A stretch of DNA of 64,000 nt from an uncultured Bacteroidales bacterium (GCA_964618645.1 CAZUBW010000001.1:83236-147235); one strand, 5' to 3'. Counted from the stretch's first letter, positions 32,191 through 42,325 are shown. Numbers and translations: made by a program. Notes: generated by a model not told the origin, from the letters alone.

Positions 32191-32733
32191 TTATAATAAT
32201 GCATTGTTGGTTTGGGATGTACGGGTAATGATCATGTCCATCAGGTCGATCTTCACCTGGTAAAAATTGATAATGGCACTAACGATCCTCTCGTCATCGG
32301 GATTTTGACGTAAGTCCTCCTTCAGGGCCATCATCTGTTTGTCCATATCGTTTAGTTCATCCAAAATTTGTTGTTTTTCAGCTTTTCCATTTTTAAAATT
32401 CAGCGTCTGCAATTGACTATAATATAAATCCAATTGCCTTACATAATAGGCTTCAGCTTCTTTTAATTCAGGCGAAGACGCATAGGTAAGTAACTGCTGC
32501 ATTTTGCCGGTAACCAGCTTATATTCATGGAAAGAAGCATAGGAAATAATCGCTAAAAACAAAACGGCGGCTGCTACCTTCAGCAACACCAACACCGTTT
32601 TGCGCGAACGTTTCTGATGAAATGCATCGAGCTTCTGATCAAATCGCCCGAAATGCCCCGGCAAGGGTTCCCCGGTATCAAATCGTTCAGGATTTTCCCT
32701 GACAAATTCATCCAAAGGCTTCATCGTTTTCAT
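32191..32733 (-). CDS. putative membrane-anchored anti-sigma factor
   Basis: 180 aa with one central TM (VLVLLKVAAAVLFLAIISYA). Overlaps the ECF sigma gene by 26 nt. Assignment is by position only. Confidence 0.45.
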   Translation of the reverse strand: MKTMKPLDEFVRENPERFDTGEPLPGHFGRFDQKLDAFHQKRSRKTVLVLLKVAAAVLFLAIISYASFHEYKLVTGKMQQLLTYASSPELKEAEAYYVRQLDLYYSQLQTLNFKNGKAEKQQILDELNDMDKQMMALKEDLRQNPDDERIVSAIINFYQVKIDLMDMIITRTSQTNNALL

Positions 32734-33280
32734 TTTTCAAATAGGCAATTAATTTCTTTCTGGCCCTTGCTAATTGCGACCTTGAGGTAGATTCACTGAT
32801 GTTAAGAATAGAGGCTATCTCCTCGTGGTCGTAACCCTCAAATAAGGCAAGCGACAGAACAATTCTGAAACCATCAGGAAGCTTTTCAATGGCATTTCGG
32901 ATAAGATTTATCTTTCCAATCAATTGCTCCTCATCCCACGATTCGTGTTCTGTTTCAGGTTTGTCTGCCAACCTGTCATCAAGCTCCTCGAACCTTATCT
33001 TTCTGGCTCTGAGTATATCAATGGACTTATTGATCACAATCCGCTTCAACCAGGCCCCAAAACTCATTTCACCCCGGTAGGTATCAATTTTCAGAAAGGC
33101 CGATAAAAAAGCTTCCTGCATCACATCTTCAGCTTCGGCCTGATCTTTTAGCATACGGTAACAGGCATTGTACATGGCTTTGTAATACAACCTGTAAATC
33201 TCCCGTTGTGCCAACCTGTCGCCTTTCCGGCACCTTTCAATGAACTCGAAATGGATCTGATAAGTTTTTGACCCGGTCAT
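32708..33280 (-). CDS. ECF-type RNA polymerase sigma-70 factor
   Basis: Region 2 (YRLYYKAMYNACYRML.DQAEAEDVMQEAFL) and region 4 HTH (GYDHEEIASILNISESTSRSQLARARKKL). Confidence 0.88.
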   Translation of the reverse strand: MTGSKTYQIHFEFIERCRKGDRLAQREIYRLYYKAMYNACYRMLKDQAEAEDVMQEAFLSAFLKIDTYRGEMSFGAWLKRIVINKSIDILRARKIRFEELDDRLADKPETEHESWDEEQLIGKINLIRNAIEKLPDGFRIVLSLALFEGYDHEEIASILNISESTSRSQLARARKKLIAYLKNENDEAFG

Positions 33281-33343
33281 TTACTCAATTATATAGACGT
33301 AAGACATTCCAACTTGCTGCAAATTTTCCGAAAAATAATGAAA

Positions 33344-34072
33344 TTACTTTTTCTCCGGGGTACCCTGCTGCTGATTATTATTAACCGGCTGGTACCACTG
33401 AAAGTTCTGTACAACATAAAAGGTAGGCATGTCGTTAAAGGATGCTGACCTGAAAAAAGCAGCGCCACAACCGAGTTCCAGGGCATCTTTCGAAAGAATG
33501 TTACTGCGGTGCAGCCTGGAATTCATCCATCCTTTAAGTTGTGCCTCACCAAATGAAAGATAGGTGTGCGGCAATATCAGTGCACCATCGGGTGTTTTGC
33601 TGAAATTACCCTTCCCGCGCAGGTAAATGGCTTCATTCGAAGTGTATTGCAGCCCGTATCCCTCTATCAGGTTCTCTGCCAGGTATGGATTGGTAATATG
33701 GCATAACAAGGCCCGGTCGTTTGGTGTTTTTTTTCGTTCATCTGAATGGTTGAGATGATCAAAGAAATTACCTGCAACCATGTCACGGGCATGCATTTCA
33801 GCAGACTGTTCAAGCATAGAGTTGTACGACAAAGGTTTTAGGTTATGTTTTACCCTAATCTCATTCGTAAGGTGGAAAATGATCTCGTTGATTCTCTTAT
33901 AATCGACATACTCAAAATCAATGGCTTCATGAAAAGCCTTTACTTTTCTGAAATCGCGCTGCAGAGATTGAATATCTTCCATCTTAATGGGTCTCCATAC
34001 CATAAATGAGGACAATACGATAGCGAAAAGGGCTATTCCTGCAACTGGTAATACTTTGGTTTGCATATTCAT
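33344..34072 (-). CDS. CAP/SCP/PR-1 domain protein (YkwD-like), membrane-anchored or secreted
   Basis: N-terminal hydrophobic segment and a CAP core (NEIRVKHNLKPLSYNSMLEQSAEMHARDMVAGNFFDH ... GWMNSRLHRSNIL). Start taken at ATG 34072; the TTG at 34090 overlaps the predicted promoter box. Confidence 0.7.
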   Translation of the reverse strand: MNMQTKVLPVAGIALFAIVLSSFMVWRPIKMEDIQSLQRDFRKVKAFHEAIDFEYVDYKRINEIIFHLTNEIRVKHNLKPLSYNSMLEQSAEMHARDMVAGNFFDHLNHSDERKKTPNDRALLCHITNPYLAENLIEGYGLQYTSNEAIYLRGKGNFSKTPDGALILPHTYLSFGEAQLKGWMNSRLHRSNILSKDALELGCGAAFFRSASFNDMPTFYVVQNFQWYQPVNNNQQQGTPEKK

Positions 34073-34087
34073 AAGATATGATGTTTT

Positions 34088-34095
34088 CAAATTTA
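34088..34095 (-). promoter_or_regulatory. candidate -7 box (TAAATTTG on minus strand) for the CAP-domain gene
   Basis: Plus-strand CAAATTTA lies 16 nt upstream of ATG 34072. Confidence 0.35.
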
Positions 34096-34255
34096 CCTAT
34101 TGTATGTAAAAGTTGAGAAATATTTAACACAATAAAGTCGGAAAAGTTAATATATTTAAAGCCCGGAAACAGTGTCCGAAAAAACACTGCCCTACTGTCT
34201 TCGTTGTATTTGCCGGCATTTTTACCGGAAAGCCTTTGATAAGCGACTATTTGCC

Positions 34256-35743
34256 ATGAAACCTGAAACAAAACTGGTATTATTGGTTGAGGAGAAAAAG
34301 AGCGATTGGAAAGCGCTCAAATCGTTATATGATCACGAGGACTACCCTATTCATATCATTGCAGTTCATTCCGTTGTAAAGGCGGCAGATAAACTCAGGA
34401 CAAATCACTGGCATGCTGTTGCCGCTGATTATGGCCTGATTAATGATATCAGCGCAAACCTGACGAGGGCCCTGGGCAATATTCCAATAATTGCCCTGAT
34501 TGACGCTGGAAACGAACACGAGGGTATCAGGGCGGTTCAGGAAGGGGCCAGTGAATTTCTGATAAAAGACGAACAGTACCGGTTTGTCAAGTTACTTCCC
34601 CTGGTTGTTCACAAATCGGTGGAAAAGGAAATACATCGGCTTGAACTGCAGAAATATCGTAATCAACTCGAAAAGATAGTGGAGGAAAGAACCATCGAAT
34701 TGATTGAAATGTATGGCAAACTGCAGGAAAATGAAACGAATTTCAGGAATATCTTTAATGGCAGTAGTGACGGCATTATCATAACCGACTACGAGCGGAA
34801 TTTTATTGAAGCCAACGATGCCTTGTTAAAACAATTTGGCGTTACCAAAGAATTTCTTGCATCAACGGCTATGATGGACTTTTTACTACCCGCCTTCAGA
34901 CCGAAAATTTTGGGAATGGATGAAAAACTTCTTGCCGGACAACCCTCCGGCAATGTTGAAGTTGAAATCCGCTCCCCTGTTAATGGTGAAACCCTCTATT
35001 ACGAAATCAGTATTGTCCCCATAATTTTCAACCAGAAGAATGCCCTGTTAACCATTATGCGCAATATTGCCGAGCGTAAAACACATGCACGTAAAGTTTT
35101 TGAAACCATCATTCAAACTGAAGAAGATGAGCGTAAGCGCTTTGCCAGGGATCTGCACGACGAAATAGGACCGCTCATCTCTGCGCTTAAAATATACACC
35201 AATTCATTTCTGGAAACAACCGATGCTGCCAGGAAAGACAAACTGGCCCGCCAGATCGGATCGATCATGCGCGACGTCATTGATTCCATAAAGATCATCT
35301 CAAACGACCTGAGTCCGCACGTACTCGAGAATTTCGGCCTCAAGGCCGCCATACAGAATTTTATCGACCTGTTTTCGAAAAATATCCAGATCACGTTTGA
35401 ATCAAACCTCGATAATCTGCGCTTTCCAAACACCACCGAATCATTGATCTACAGGATAATTAAAGAATTAATCAATAATACGGTTAAGCATGCCCGTGCT
35501 TCACAAATAAGTATAAACCTCGATTATTTTGATACGGTGCTGGTTTGTAATTACCGTGACAATGGTATCGGATTCGACTGGGAACAACAGTCAGGAACGC
35601 CCTCGAAAGGCCTCGGAATTAACAATATCATGGCCAGAGTCCGCTCACTTGGCGGGGAACTGGAGGTTCATTCAAAGCCAGGACAAGGATTCGCTATAAA
35701 TTTCGTATTTCAAACCATTCTTATAAATGCCAGTCAATCATAA
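34256..35743 (+). CDS. NarL-class sensor histidine kinase with N-terminal receiver-like domain and PAS domain (HisKA_3 + HATPase_c)
   Basis: REC-like N-terminus, a coiled coil, PAS (FRNIFNGSSDGIIITD), the H-box RFARDLHDEIGPLISALK, and an ATPase (DNGIGF, GLGINNI). Start taken at ATG 34256; the ORF track opens at GTG 34172. Confidence 0.8.
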   Translation: MKPETKLVLLVEEKKSDWKALKSLYDHEDYPIHIIAVHSVVKAADKLRTNHWHAVAADYGLINDISANLTRALGNIPIIALIDAGNEHEGIRAVQEGASEFLIKDEQYRFVKLLPLVVHKSVEKEIHRLELQKYRNQLEKIVEERTIELIEMYGKLQENETNFRNIFNGSSDGIIITDYERNFIEANDALLKQFGVTKEFLASTAMMDFLLPAFRPKILGMDEKLLAGQPSGNVEVEIRSPVNGETLYYEISIVPIIFNQKNALLTIMRNIAERKTHARKVFETIIQTEEDERKRFARDLHDEIGPLISALKIYTNSFLETTDAARKDKLARQIGSIMRDVIDSIKIISNDLSPHVLENFGLKAAIQNFIDLFSKNIQITFESNLDNLRFPNTTESLIYRIIKELINNTVKHARASQISINLDYFDTVLVCNYRDNGIGFDWEQQSGTPSKGLGINNIMARVRSLGGELEVHSKPGQGFAINFVFQTILINASQS

Positions 35744-36371
35744 AAAATATAAAGTTATAATTGCCGATGATCACACCCTTTTCCGGCAGGGATTAAGGCT
35801 GATTCTCGAAGATATTGATGGCTTAGAAGTCGTAGCGGATGTTGCCAATGGACAGGAACTTATTGACATAACCGACCAGTTTTTACCGGACCTGGTTATC
35901 ATGGATATCAATATGCCCATTGTAAACGGTATTGAAGCCAGCAGGGTGTTACTGCAAAAGTATCCCGACTTGAAAATCCTGGTTATCTCTATGTACAGTG
36001 ATGAACAATATTACAATAGTGTTATCGAAAACGGGGTTAAGGGCTTCATTTTAAAAGATGCTGAAAATACAGAACTAAGGGCTGCCGTAAATACCATACT
36101 GAACGGAAAGACCTATTTTTCGCAGGAATTATTGATCAAACTTATCCGTAGCAAACAACACCCTGTTAATGTTGCCATTTCACCCCGTGAACAGGAAGTA
36201 CTGGAACTTATCTGTCAGGGTCTTAGCACACAGGAAATTGCCACCAGGCTGTTTCTGAGTGACAGAACTGTGGAAAACCATCGCGCAAGCCTGCTTGACA
36301 AAACCGGCTGCCGTAATTCACTGTCGCTTGTTTTATATGCGATACGGAATAAGCTGGTAAGTCTGCAATAG
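35727..36371 (+). CDS. NarL/FixJ-family response regulator (REC + LuxR-type HTH)
   Basis: VIIADDH, DLVIMDINMP and KGFILKD, followed by the HTH LSPREQEVLELICQGLSTQEIATRLFLSDRTVENHR. Overlaps the kinase gene by 17 nt. Confidence 0.9.
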   Translation: MPVNHKKYKVIIADDHTLFRQGLRLILEDIDGLEVVADVANGQELIDITDQFLPDLVIMDINMPIVNGIEASRVLLQKYPDLKILVISMYSDEQYYNSVIENGVKGFILKDAENTELRAAVNTILNGKTYFSQELLIKLIRSKQHPVNVAISPREQEVLELICQGLSTQEIATRLFLSDRTVENHRASLLDKTGCRNSLSLVLYAIRNKLVSLQ

Positions 36372-36391
36372 GCAATTGCTGACATTAGAAA

Positions 36392-36910
36392 CTAAAAAAT
36401 AGCCTGAAACAGCGCCCTGAAAAAATAAAAGGCCAGTACAAATGCCACGACAACCTTCATGAATGTCCCCGCCAAAAAACCAATAAATGATCCGACGGCT
36501 GCCCGGGTTGCCTGCTGCGAATTCTGCCCGGCATAACGTTCACCAATAAGCGCCCCGATGAAGGGACCGCCCAGTATGCCGAACAGGCCAAAAGGCCCAA
36601 GTACAATACCCAGCATAGGCAATAGTATAACCCCAACAATAAGTCCAATGGTGCTTCCCCGCACGCCGGCCCGTGTACCACCGAATTTTTTCGTCCCCCA
36701 TATGGGAACCACGTAATCAATTACCGATACCACAATAATGATAAGGGCCCATATCACCAGCATGTTAACAGAAAACTGTGCGAATTTGGTCCAATGCAGT
36801 AACAACAACCCCAGATAGCTTATGGGGGGACCGGGCAAACCGGGCAATATGCTGCCAATGACACCTACCAGGATACAGATAATGCCTAAAACAACAAGGA
36901 GGTATTCCAT
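36392..36910 (-). CDS. DUF456-family membrane protein
   Basis: MEYLLVVLGIICILVGVIGSILPGLPGPPISYLG followed by four hydrophobic helices. Start taken at the internal ATG 36910. Confidence 0.65.
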   Translation of the reverse strand: MEYLLVVLGIICILVGVIGSILPGLPGPPISYLGLLLLHWTKFAQFSVNMLVIWALIIIVVSVIDYVVPIWGTKKFGGTRAGVRGSTIGLIVGVILLPMLGIVLGPFGLFGILGGPFIGALIGERYAGQNSQQATRAAVGSFIGFLAGTFMKVVVAFVLAFYFFRALFQAIF

Positions 36911-37016
36911 AGTATCAAGGATTAATAAGGTGTAACCACTATCAATTACCTGATGAAGATAGTACAAAAAAACCGAAAGCAACAGACCAATACGGGTCTC
37001 AACGCTGAAAAACGCT

Positions 37017-38342
37017 CTATTCGTTATGACCCTGCTGAATAATTACTTCACTTGGCTGCATATGCTTTTCTTTGTGCGGGGCATGCGGATGCCAGCCAAC
37101 CAGGTAAATCATTACAAAAAAGCCTACCACGTAGGCAATAGCCACATGCCAGCCTTTTCTAAGATAATTCACCGTGTTCTTGGCCTCGGGGTATAAATTG
37201 GAGAGGGCTACACCGGCCGAGGAACCAAACCAGATCATAGAACCTCCAAAACCAACGGCATAGGCCAGCACACCCCAGTCGTATCCGCCCTGTTCGAGGC
37301 ATAATTTGGTCAGGGGAATATTATCGAAGACTGCCGAAATAAAACCCAGGGCAAATGCCGTCCAGGCAGAGGCAGGCGGCAACTCTTCCACGGGCATCAA
37401 CGAGGCAATGGTAACCAGCGACATCAGAAAAACCGTTCCCATCCAGGCATTTTTCATCTCATGCCAGGGTGCTTTACGGATAAAACTACCAATGATAATG
37501 CCAATCCATACACCTAAGGCGGGAAAATCGAGGGTGTAATTGGTAACAATGGCAGATACCAGAATAAGGAAGACAATGCCGATCCGTGTCCAGTCGACTT
37601 TAATACGGGTACTGGCGTCCTTTATGATCCGGTTGTACCTGTCCTGTTGAATCGACCCCACAATGCCAAAAATCACGAGTGCCGCGGCTGCGGCTACAAA
37701 GGCATGCACCACATCCAGGGGGCTTACCCCGTCAATCCACATCAGGGTGGTGGTGGTATCTCCCACCACACTGCCGGCGCCCCCGGCGTTTGCAGCTGCA
37801 ATAATAGCAGCCAGAAATCCCAGGTGCACCTTGCCCTTGAATACAACCAGTGCAATGGTACCGCCAATCATGGCAGCCGCTATATTATCCAGAAATGAGG
37901 AGAGTACAAAAATAAAAACCAACAGTACAAAACCGCCTTTCCAGTCATCGGGCAGATAATGCGGCAGTATATCGGGAAATTTCGACTCCTTGAAAATCTC
38001 AGCCAGGATGGCAAAGCCAAACAACAATCCCAACAGGTTCAATAATATCCGCCATTCTCCTTCGTGGCCGGCGGTGCCTGCAAGGTGATCCCAGAAAGAA
38101 AATTCCGTGAAGGCATATTTGAGCACCAGGATTACCGCAAGCCCTGTAAGTGCAACATACATGGTTTTGTGGTGAAAGATGGCCACACCAAGCAGGGTTA
38201 TGGCAAAAACGATAAACTCGATACGGATACCCATAACAGCCGGCATTTTCCCATCGGCAGCAAAAAGAGCCTGACCCATCATCAATAAAAAGAACATGAT
38301 TCCGGCTACCCGGAACTTTTTCAGAAAATTCAAGTGTCTCAT
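37017..38342 (-). CDS. ion transporter of the NhaD/ArsB (IT superfamily) type, putative Na+/H+ antiporter
   Basis: About 12 TM segments with paired motifs SSFLDNIAAAMIGG and SAVFDNIPLTKL, reminiscent of NhaD. Start taken at ATG 38342. The substrate is not determinable from sequence. Confidence 0.6.
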   Translation of the reverse strand: MRHLNFLKKFRVAGIMFFLLMMGQALFAADGKMPAVMGIRIEFIVFAITLLGVAIFHHKTMYVALTGLAVILVLKYAFTEFSFWDHLAGTAGHEGEWRILLNLLGLLFGFAILAEIFKESKFPDILPHYLPDDWKGGFVLLVFIFVLSSFLDNIAAAMIGGTIALVVFKGKVHLGFLAAIIAAANAGGAGSVVGDTTTTLMWIDGVSPLDVVHAFVAAAAALVIFGIVGSIQQDRYNRIIKDASTRIKVDWTRIGIVFLILVSAIVTNYTLDFPALGVWIGIIIGSFIRKAPWHEMKNAWMGTVFLMSLVTIASLMPVEELPPASAWTAFALGFISAVFDNIPLTKLCLEQGGYDWGVLAYAVGFGGSMIWFGSSAGVALSNLYPEAKNTVNYLRKGWHVAIAYVVGFFVMIYLVGWHPHAPHKEKHMQPSEVIIQQGHNE

Positions 38343-38402
38343 ATATACCAGGAGATTATGCAGTTTAAAACTGGGGAGCAAAGATAGCAAGAAAAGGACA
38401 CG

Positions 38403-39404
38403 TTATTCACCCAGTGTAGCAACCATCACTGCCTTAATGGTATGAACGCGGTTCTCGGCCTGATCGAAAACAATGGAGGCTGGTGATTCAAAAACCTCGT
38501 CGGTTACCTCCATGGATTCAATTCCAAACTGCTTGAAGATATCCTCCCCTACCTTTGTCTGCCTATCGTGAAAGGCCGGCAGACAATGCAAAAACTTCAC
38601 ATTGGGATTGCCGCTAAGATCCAGCGCCTTGCGGTTAACCTGGTAGGGTAGTAGAAGTTTTACCCTTTCGGCCCATACCGATGCCGGCTCACCCATCGAA
38701 ACCCAGACGTCGGTGTAAAGGAAGTCAGCTCCCTTAACGGCTTTTTCAATATCGTCGGTTATGGTAACGCTGGCACCTGTTTGCCTGGCTATGTCCCTGC
38801 TGGTATTCACCAGCTCATCGGCAGGCTGACAAGCTTTGGGTGCTGCCGCCCTGAAATCGATTCCCATTTTGGCACAGCCTATCATCAATGAATTGCCCAT
38901 ATTGTTACGGGCATCGCCCAGGTAACAAAACGACATTTGATGTAAGGGTTTATCGCTATGTTCAATCATCGTCATCAGATCGGCCAGTACCTGGGTAGGA
39001 TGAAACTCGTTGGTAAGTCCGTTCCAAACCGGAATCCCCGAATAGGTGGCCAGATCTTCCACAACCTGTTGCCCGTATCCCCGGTATTCGATGCCGTCGA
39101 ACATGCGCCCCAATACACGTGCCGTATCTTTAACCGATTCTTTGTGGCCGATTTGCGAGCTCACCGGATCGAGGTAGGTCACATGAGCGCCCTGATCGTG
39201 GGCAGCTACCTCAAATGCACAACGGGTGCGGGTAGATGTTTTCTCAAATATAAGCGCAATGTTTTTCCCCTTCAGCCTGGGTTGTTCAGTACCGGCATAT
39301 TTGGCCTTTTTTAACTCAAATGACAGATCAAGCAAAAATCTGATTTCAGCAGGCGTAAAATCCAGCAGCTTCAGAAAACTACGGTTACGAAGATTGAATG
39401 GCAT
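38403..39404 (-). CDS. argF: ornithine carbamoyltransferase (canonical ArgF/ArgI/ArcB type)
   Basis: 333 aa with [26 protein letters not shown] and HCLPAFH, collinear with E. coli ArgI. Confidence 0.9.
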   Translation of the reverse strand: MPFNLRNRSFLKLLDFTPAEIRFLLDLSFELKKAKYAGTEQPRLKGKNIALIFEKTSTRTRCAFEVAAHDQGAHVTYLDPVSSQIGHKESVKDTARVLGRMFDGIEYRGYGQQVVEDLATYSGIPVWNGLTNEFHPTQVLADLMTMIEHSDKPLHQMSFCYLGDARNNMGNSLMIGCAKMGIDFRAAAPKACQPADELVNTSRDIARQTGASVTITDDIEKAVKGADFLYTDVWVSMGEPASVWAERVKLLLPYQVNRKALDLSGNPNVKFLHCLPAFHDRQTKVGEDIFKQFGIESMEVTDEVFESPASIVFDQAENRVHTIKAVMVATLGE

Positions 39405-39465
39405 AATGGTTTCAGGTTAATAAATAATATAATAGGTATTCAGTAGCATTAAAAACAGAATACTG

Positions 39466-39473
39466 CAAAAATA
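39466..39473 (-). promoter_or_regulatory. candidate -7 box (TATTTTTG on minus strand) for the OTC operon
   Basis: Plus-strand CAAAAATA lies 62 nt upstream of the ATG at 39404. Confidence 0.35.
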
Positions 39474-39694
39474 GTCATTGCTTCGTTCAGTTGTTAATGA
39501 TATTTGTCATTTAATGTATTTTTATACCGTAAATATTAATATTAATTCCGTATAAATTGAAAATTTTCCCCTCGCTGGATTTTCATCCCCTATAATTGTT
39601 TTTTTATCTTTACATAAGGTCAGATTGATCAATGTATTGGAACCGCTGACGTGAAAGAGACGTACAAAACCAAAACGCACATTAACATCGCTAC

Positions 39695-40378
39695 ATGAAC
39701 AAACCACTGGTCGCTTTGCTTGTCATACCATGCCTGATAATGATATCCTGTAAAAAAAACGGAGATAACAACCTCATAACATCGGGACGCATTGATTACA
39801 ACATCACCTATCTGAATAACGATCTGGACAAAAAAACACGGGGTATTCTCCCTTCGCGTATGCGGCTGGAGTTTGACGAAGAACATGCCATTAACTTAAT
39901 AGACGGTTTCATGGGCATGTATAAGCTAAATTCCTATACCAATTTTAATTCGCGCAAATGCTCAACCGTACTTAAGGTGCTGGATAAACATTACCTGTTT
40001 AAGGGAGGCCGCGAAGAGCAAATGTGCTGTTTTGACAGGATGGATGATATGGAAATCGAGGAGACCGGTGAAACCAAAACCATAGCCGGATTTCTTTGCA
40101 AAAAGGCTTTGGTTACCTTGCCATCCACAGGTGAAACTTTCAGCATTTTCTATACCGACGAAATTGATCTTAAACATGCCAATGTTACCAATCCATACAA
40201 AAAGGTTAAAGGCGTGCTGATGGAGTTTGAATTGGATCTGCTTTACCTGGAAATGCGTTTTGTGGCAGAAAAATTCCAGCCCATTGAGGACACTGACTTT
40301 GCTTTTAAAATTAGCGAGAACAGCAAATTGGTATCACGCGACCAGATGACCAGGATTCTCAACAAGCTTATGGAATAG
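39695..40378 (+). CDS. hypothetical lipoprotein (distant GLPGLI-family-like pattern)
   Basis: Lipobox LIMISC. The segment KTIAGFLCKKALV...FYTDEI is reminiscent of Bacteroidota GLPGLI-family proteins, but the name motif is absent. Confidence 0.55.
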   Translation: MNKPLVALLVIPCLIMISCKKNGDNNLITSGRIDYNITYLNNDLDKKTRGILPSRMRLEFDEEHAINLIDGFMGMYKLNSYTNFNSRKCSTVLKVLDKHYLFKGGREEQMCCFDRMDDMEIEETGETKTIAGFLCKKALVTLPSTGETFSIFYTDEIDLKHANVTNPYKKVKGVLMEFELDLLYLEMRFVAEKFQPIEDTDFAFKISENSKLVSRDQMTRILNKLME

Positions 40379-40381
40379 TTA

Positions 40382-42325
40382 CTACTGAAAGGGTACAAGG
40401 GTTGGTTTTTGCGGAAAAAATCCGGTAAATCTTTCTTTGGGTATTCCGTCGATGATCAGGTTGCTTGCGTTGGCTTCGCCGGGTTTACCCGGATAAATGC
40501 CCAACCTCAGTACAAAGGTATCGAAAACCAACTGATCGTTTCTTAATCTCACGCCCACGCTAACGCCCGAGTAGAGATGGGATTCCTCGATCCTGTCGCT
40601 TTCTCCTGCCACCAGCGCCAAATCGATACTGCCAAAAAAAGCAAACCGGAATCCCAGTAATACATAAGGGCTGAAAAATACCGATTCGAAATTAAGCACC
40701 AGTTTTTTACTTCCTCTCAGCCTATAAGAATCAGAAAGTCCGGTTATACCTTCCTTATCGGCAATGGTGGTATACTCACCCATATACCGTTCAATACCAT
40801 CAAGATAAGTAAGGTTGATAAAATTCCTGTACTGAAATCTTTGCTGACGATGCAGGGCTGAGAAAAAGTGAAGCCGCGAGCTGAAAGTTCCCTGTTCGGT
40901 CTGGTTTTTATTAAGAAAGGTTCCGAATCCGAGCTGACCCGAAACGTAAGCGCCATTGTTGAAATAACTGCCGAAGGATCCGCCAACAGCAAAATACGAC
41001 CTGGTTTTGTATTCTCCCCACTCCACTCCTGCTGTAAAGTCGATGCGGTATCCATAAGGTACGTCCTCTGTGCGGCCAAAAGTATGGATAAGATTATCTT
41101 TTCTGAACCCCTGATGTGAAAATCCTGTGGAGAATAATAGCATCGTACGGTCCTGAAAGGCATGCAGGTACTGCTCATTTGTTGCCGGACCCTTGCTGAT
41201 TTCAAACTGATTCAACCGGCCTGTCAGGAAAAAGCCTTCTCCCGGCTTGTGTAATGGCAGGAAATGACCGACCCAGAAGTCAATGTTATTATAGGCCAAT
41301 GACACATCGGACAGTGTTGTATCCATTAGTTCAATGTTTCGTATGGCTGAGGTATTCTCAAAGGTCATTCCGCCGGCGTTACGAAAACTGCTTGTTCTGA
41401 AATCCCTTGACAATCCCATCGTCAGCGTTTCCTGGTTCCATTTATGAATATAATCAGCAATCCCCCTTGCATAAGTTCCGGCAACATTTTCCATGCCATA
41501 AGCCAGTCGATAGCCCAGATGGGGATGATGAGCCACGTCCCAGTATGAGGTTGCAGTTATCCGGTGGCCTCTTCCCAATACATTGTGATGCGTAACGCCC
41601 AGGTTTACCTGCGATGAACTGGCAATTTCAAGCTCAATGCCCAGTGGTATCCTGTCCTGTGTAACCAGCAACAAATCAATCGAGTCACTGCTTCCCGGTA
41701 CCCGTTTGGCCATAAAACCTGCGTCCATAATAAACGACAATTCCCTAAGCATACGCTCATTCTCAGCAATAACAAAAACGTCAAGCCTGTCGCCCGGATG
41801 AAATAACAAATAACGCTCAAGAACCTGTTTCCGGGTCCCTTTGTGTACCGATTCAACAGTTCTTTCGAGCCAGTTTGCAGAAACATGGCCGGTATCAAAC
41901 ACCGAAGGTGCAAACAGGTTTACATTCTCAAATTGAATGCTATGGATGATGCATCCGTCCATTGCCGCCATAATAGCGTTGTTAGCGGGAGATAGTGCTT
42001 TCGGAAGCGTACGGTTGAATAATAAACTATGAAGCTCCCTGATGATTCGTGAGTTGCCGTTTCGCAGCACAACACTGTCGATGGGTTTGTCGCGAATTTC
42101 CATCCAGGTTTGCATCAGGGGCGAGGGTAATCCGGATTTAACAAGGGTATCCTTTTTTTCCACCAATTGTTCAATTAACCCAAGAGAATCCGGACGCACT
42201 TCCTGTGCTGTGAGTACACCGGTGCCGCTAAATGCGGTCCATATAAGCATCAGGGTGGCAAAACAAGCATTCCTGTTACAACCAAATGCGACAACCCTTA
42301 TTTTGCTTATGTTTTCAATAACCAT
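40382..42325 (-). CDS. Omp85/TpsB-like outer-membrane beta-barrel protein with a single POTRA-like domain
   Basis: Signal-like N-terminus, a POTRA-like segment (IIHSIQFENVNLF...VLERYLLFHPGDRLDVFVIAENERMLRELSFI), then about 450 aa of alternating beta-strand pattern rich in G/Y/F. Start uncertain (42325 or 42379). Confidence 0.5.
   Translation of the reverse strand: MVIENISKIRVVAFGCNRNACFATLMLIWTAFSGTGVLTAQEVRPDSLGLIEQLVEKKDTLVKSGLPSPLMQTWMEIRDKPIDSVVLRNGNSRIIRELHSLLFNRTLPKALSPANNAIMAAMDGCIIHSIQFENVNLFAPSVFDTGHVSANWLERTVESVHKGTRKQVLERYLLFHPGDRLDVFVIAENERMLRELSFIMDAGFMAKRVPGSSDSIDLLLVTQDRIPLGIELEIASSSQVNLGVTHHNVLGRGHRITATSYWDVAHHPHLGYRLAYGMENVAGTYARGIADYIHKWNQETLTMGLSRDFRTSSFRNAGGMTFENTSAIRNIELMDTTLSDVSLAYNNIDFWVGHFLPLHKPGEGFFLTGRLNQFEISKGPATNEQYLHAFQDRTMLLFSTGFSHQGFRKDNLIHTFGRTEDVPYGYRIDFTAGVEWGEYKTRSYFAVGGSFGSYFNNGAYVSGQLGFGTFLNKNQTEQGTFSSRLHFFSALHRQQRFQYRNFINLTYLDGIERYMGEYTTIADKEGITGLSDSYRLRGSKKLVLNFESVFFSPYVLLGFRFAFFGSIDLALVAGESDRIEESHLYSGVSVGVRLRNDQLVFDTFVLRLGIYPGKPGEANASNLIIDGIPKERFTGFFPQKPTLVPFQ

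Noticed and set aside
39751-39758. An A8 run just after the lipobox Cys of the 227-aa lipoprotein gene, as a possible phase-variation tract.
   Set aside because: It is short for efficient slippage, the Lys-Lys-Asn coding is unremarkable, and no supporting context exists. Other 7-8 nt homopolymers in the window (e.g. 197-204, 2851-2858) are equally unremarkable.
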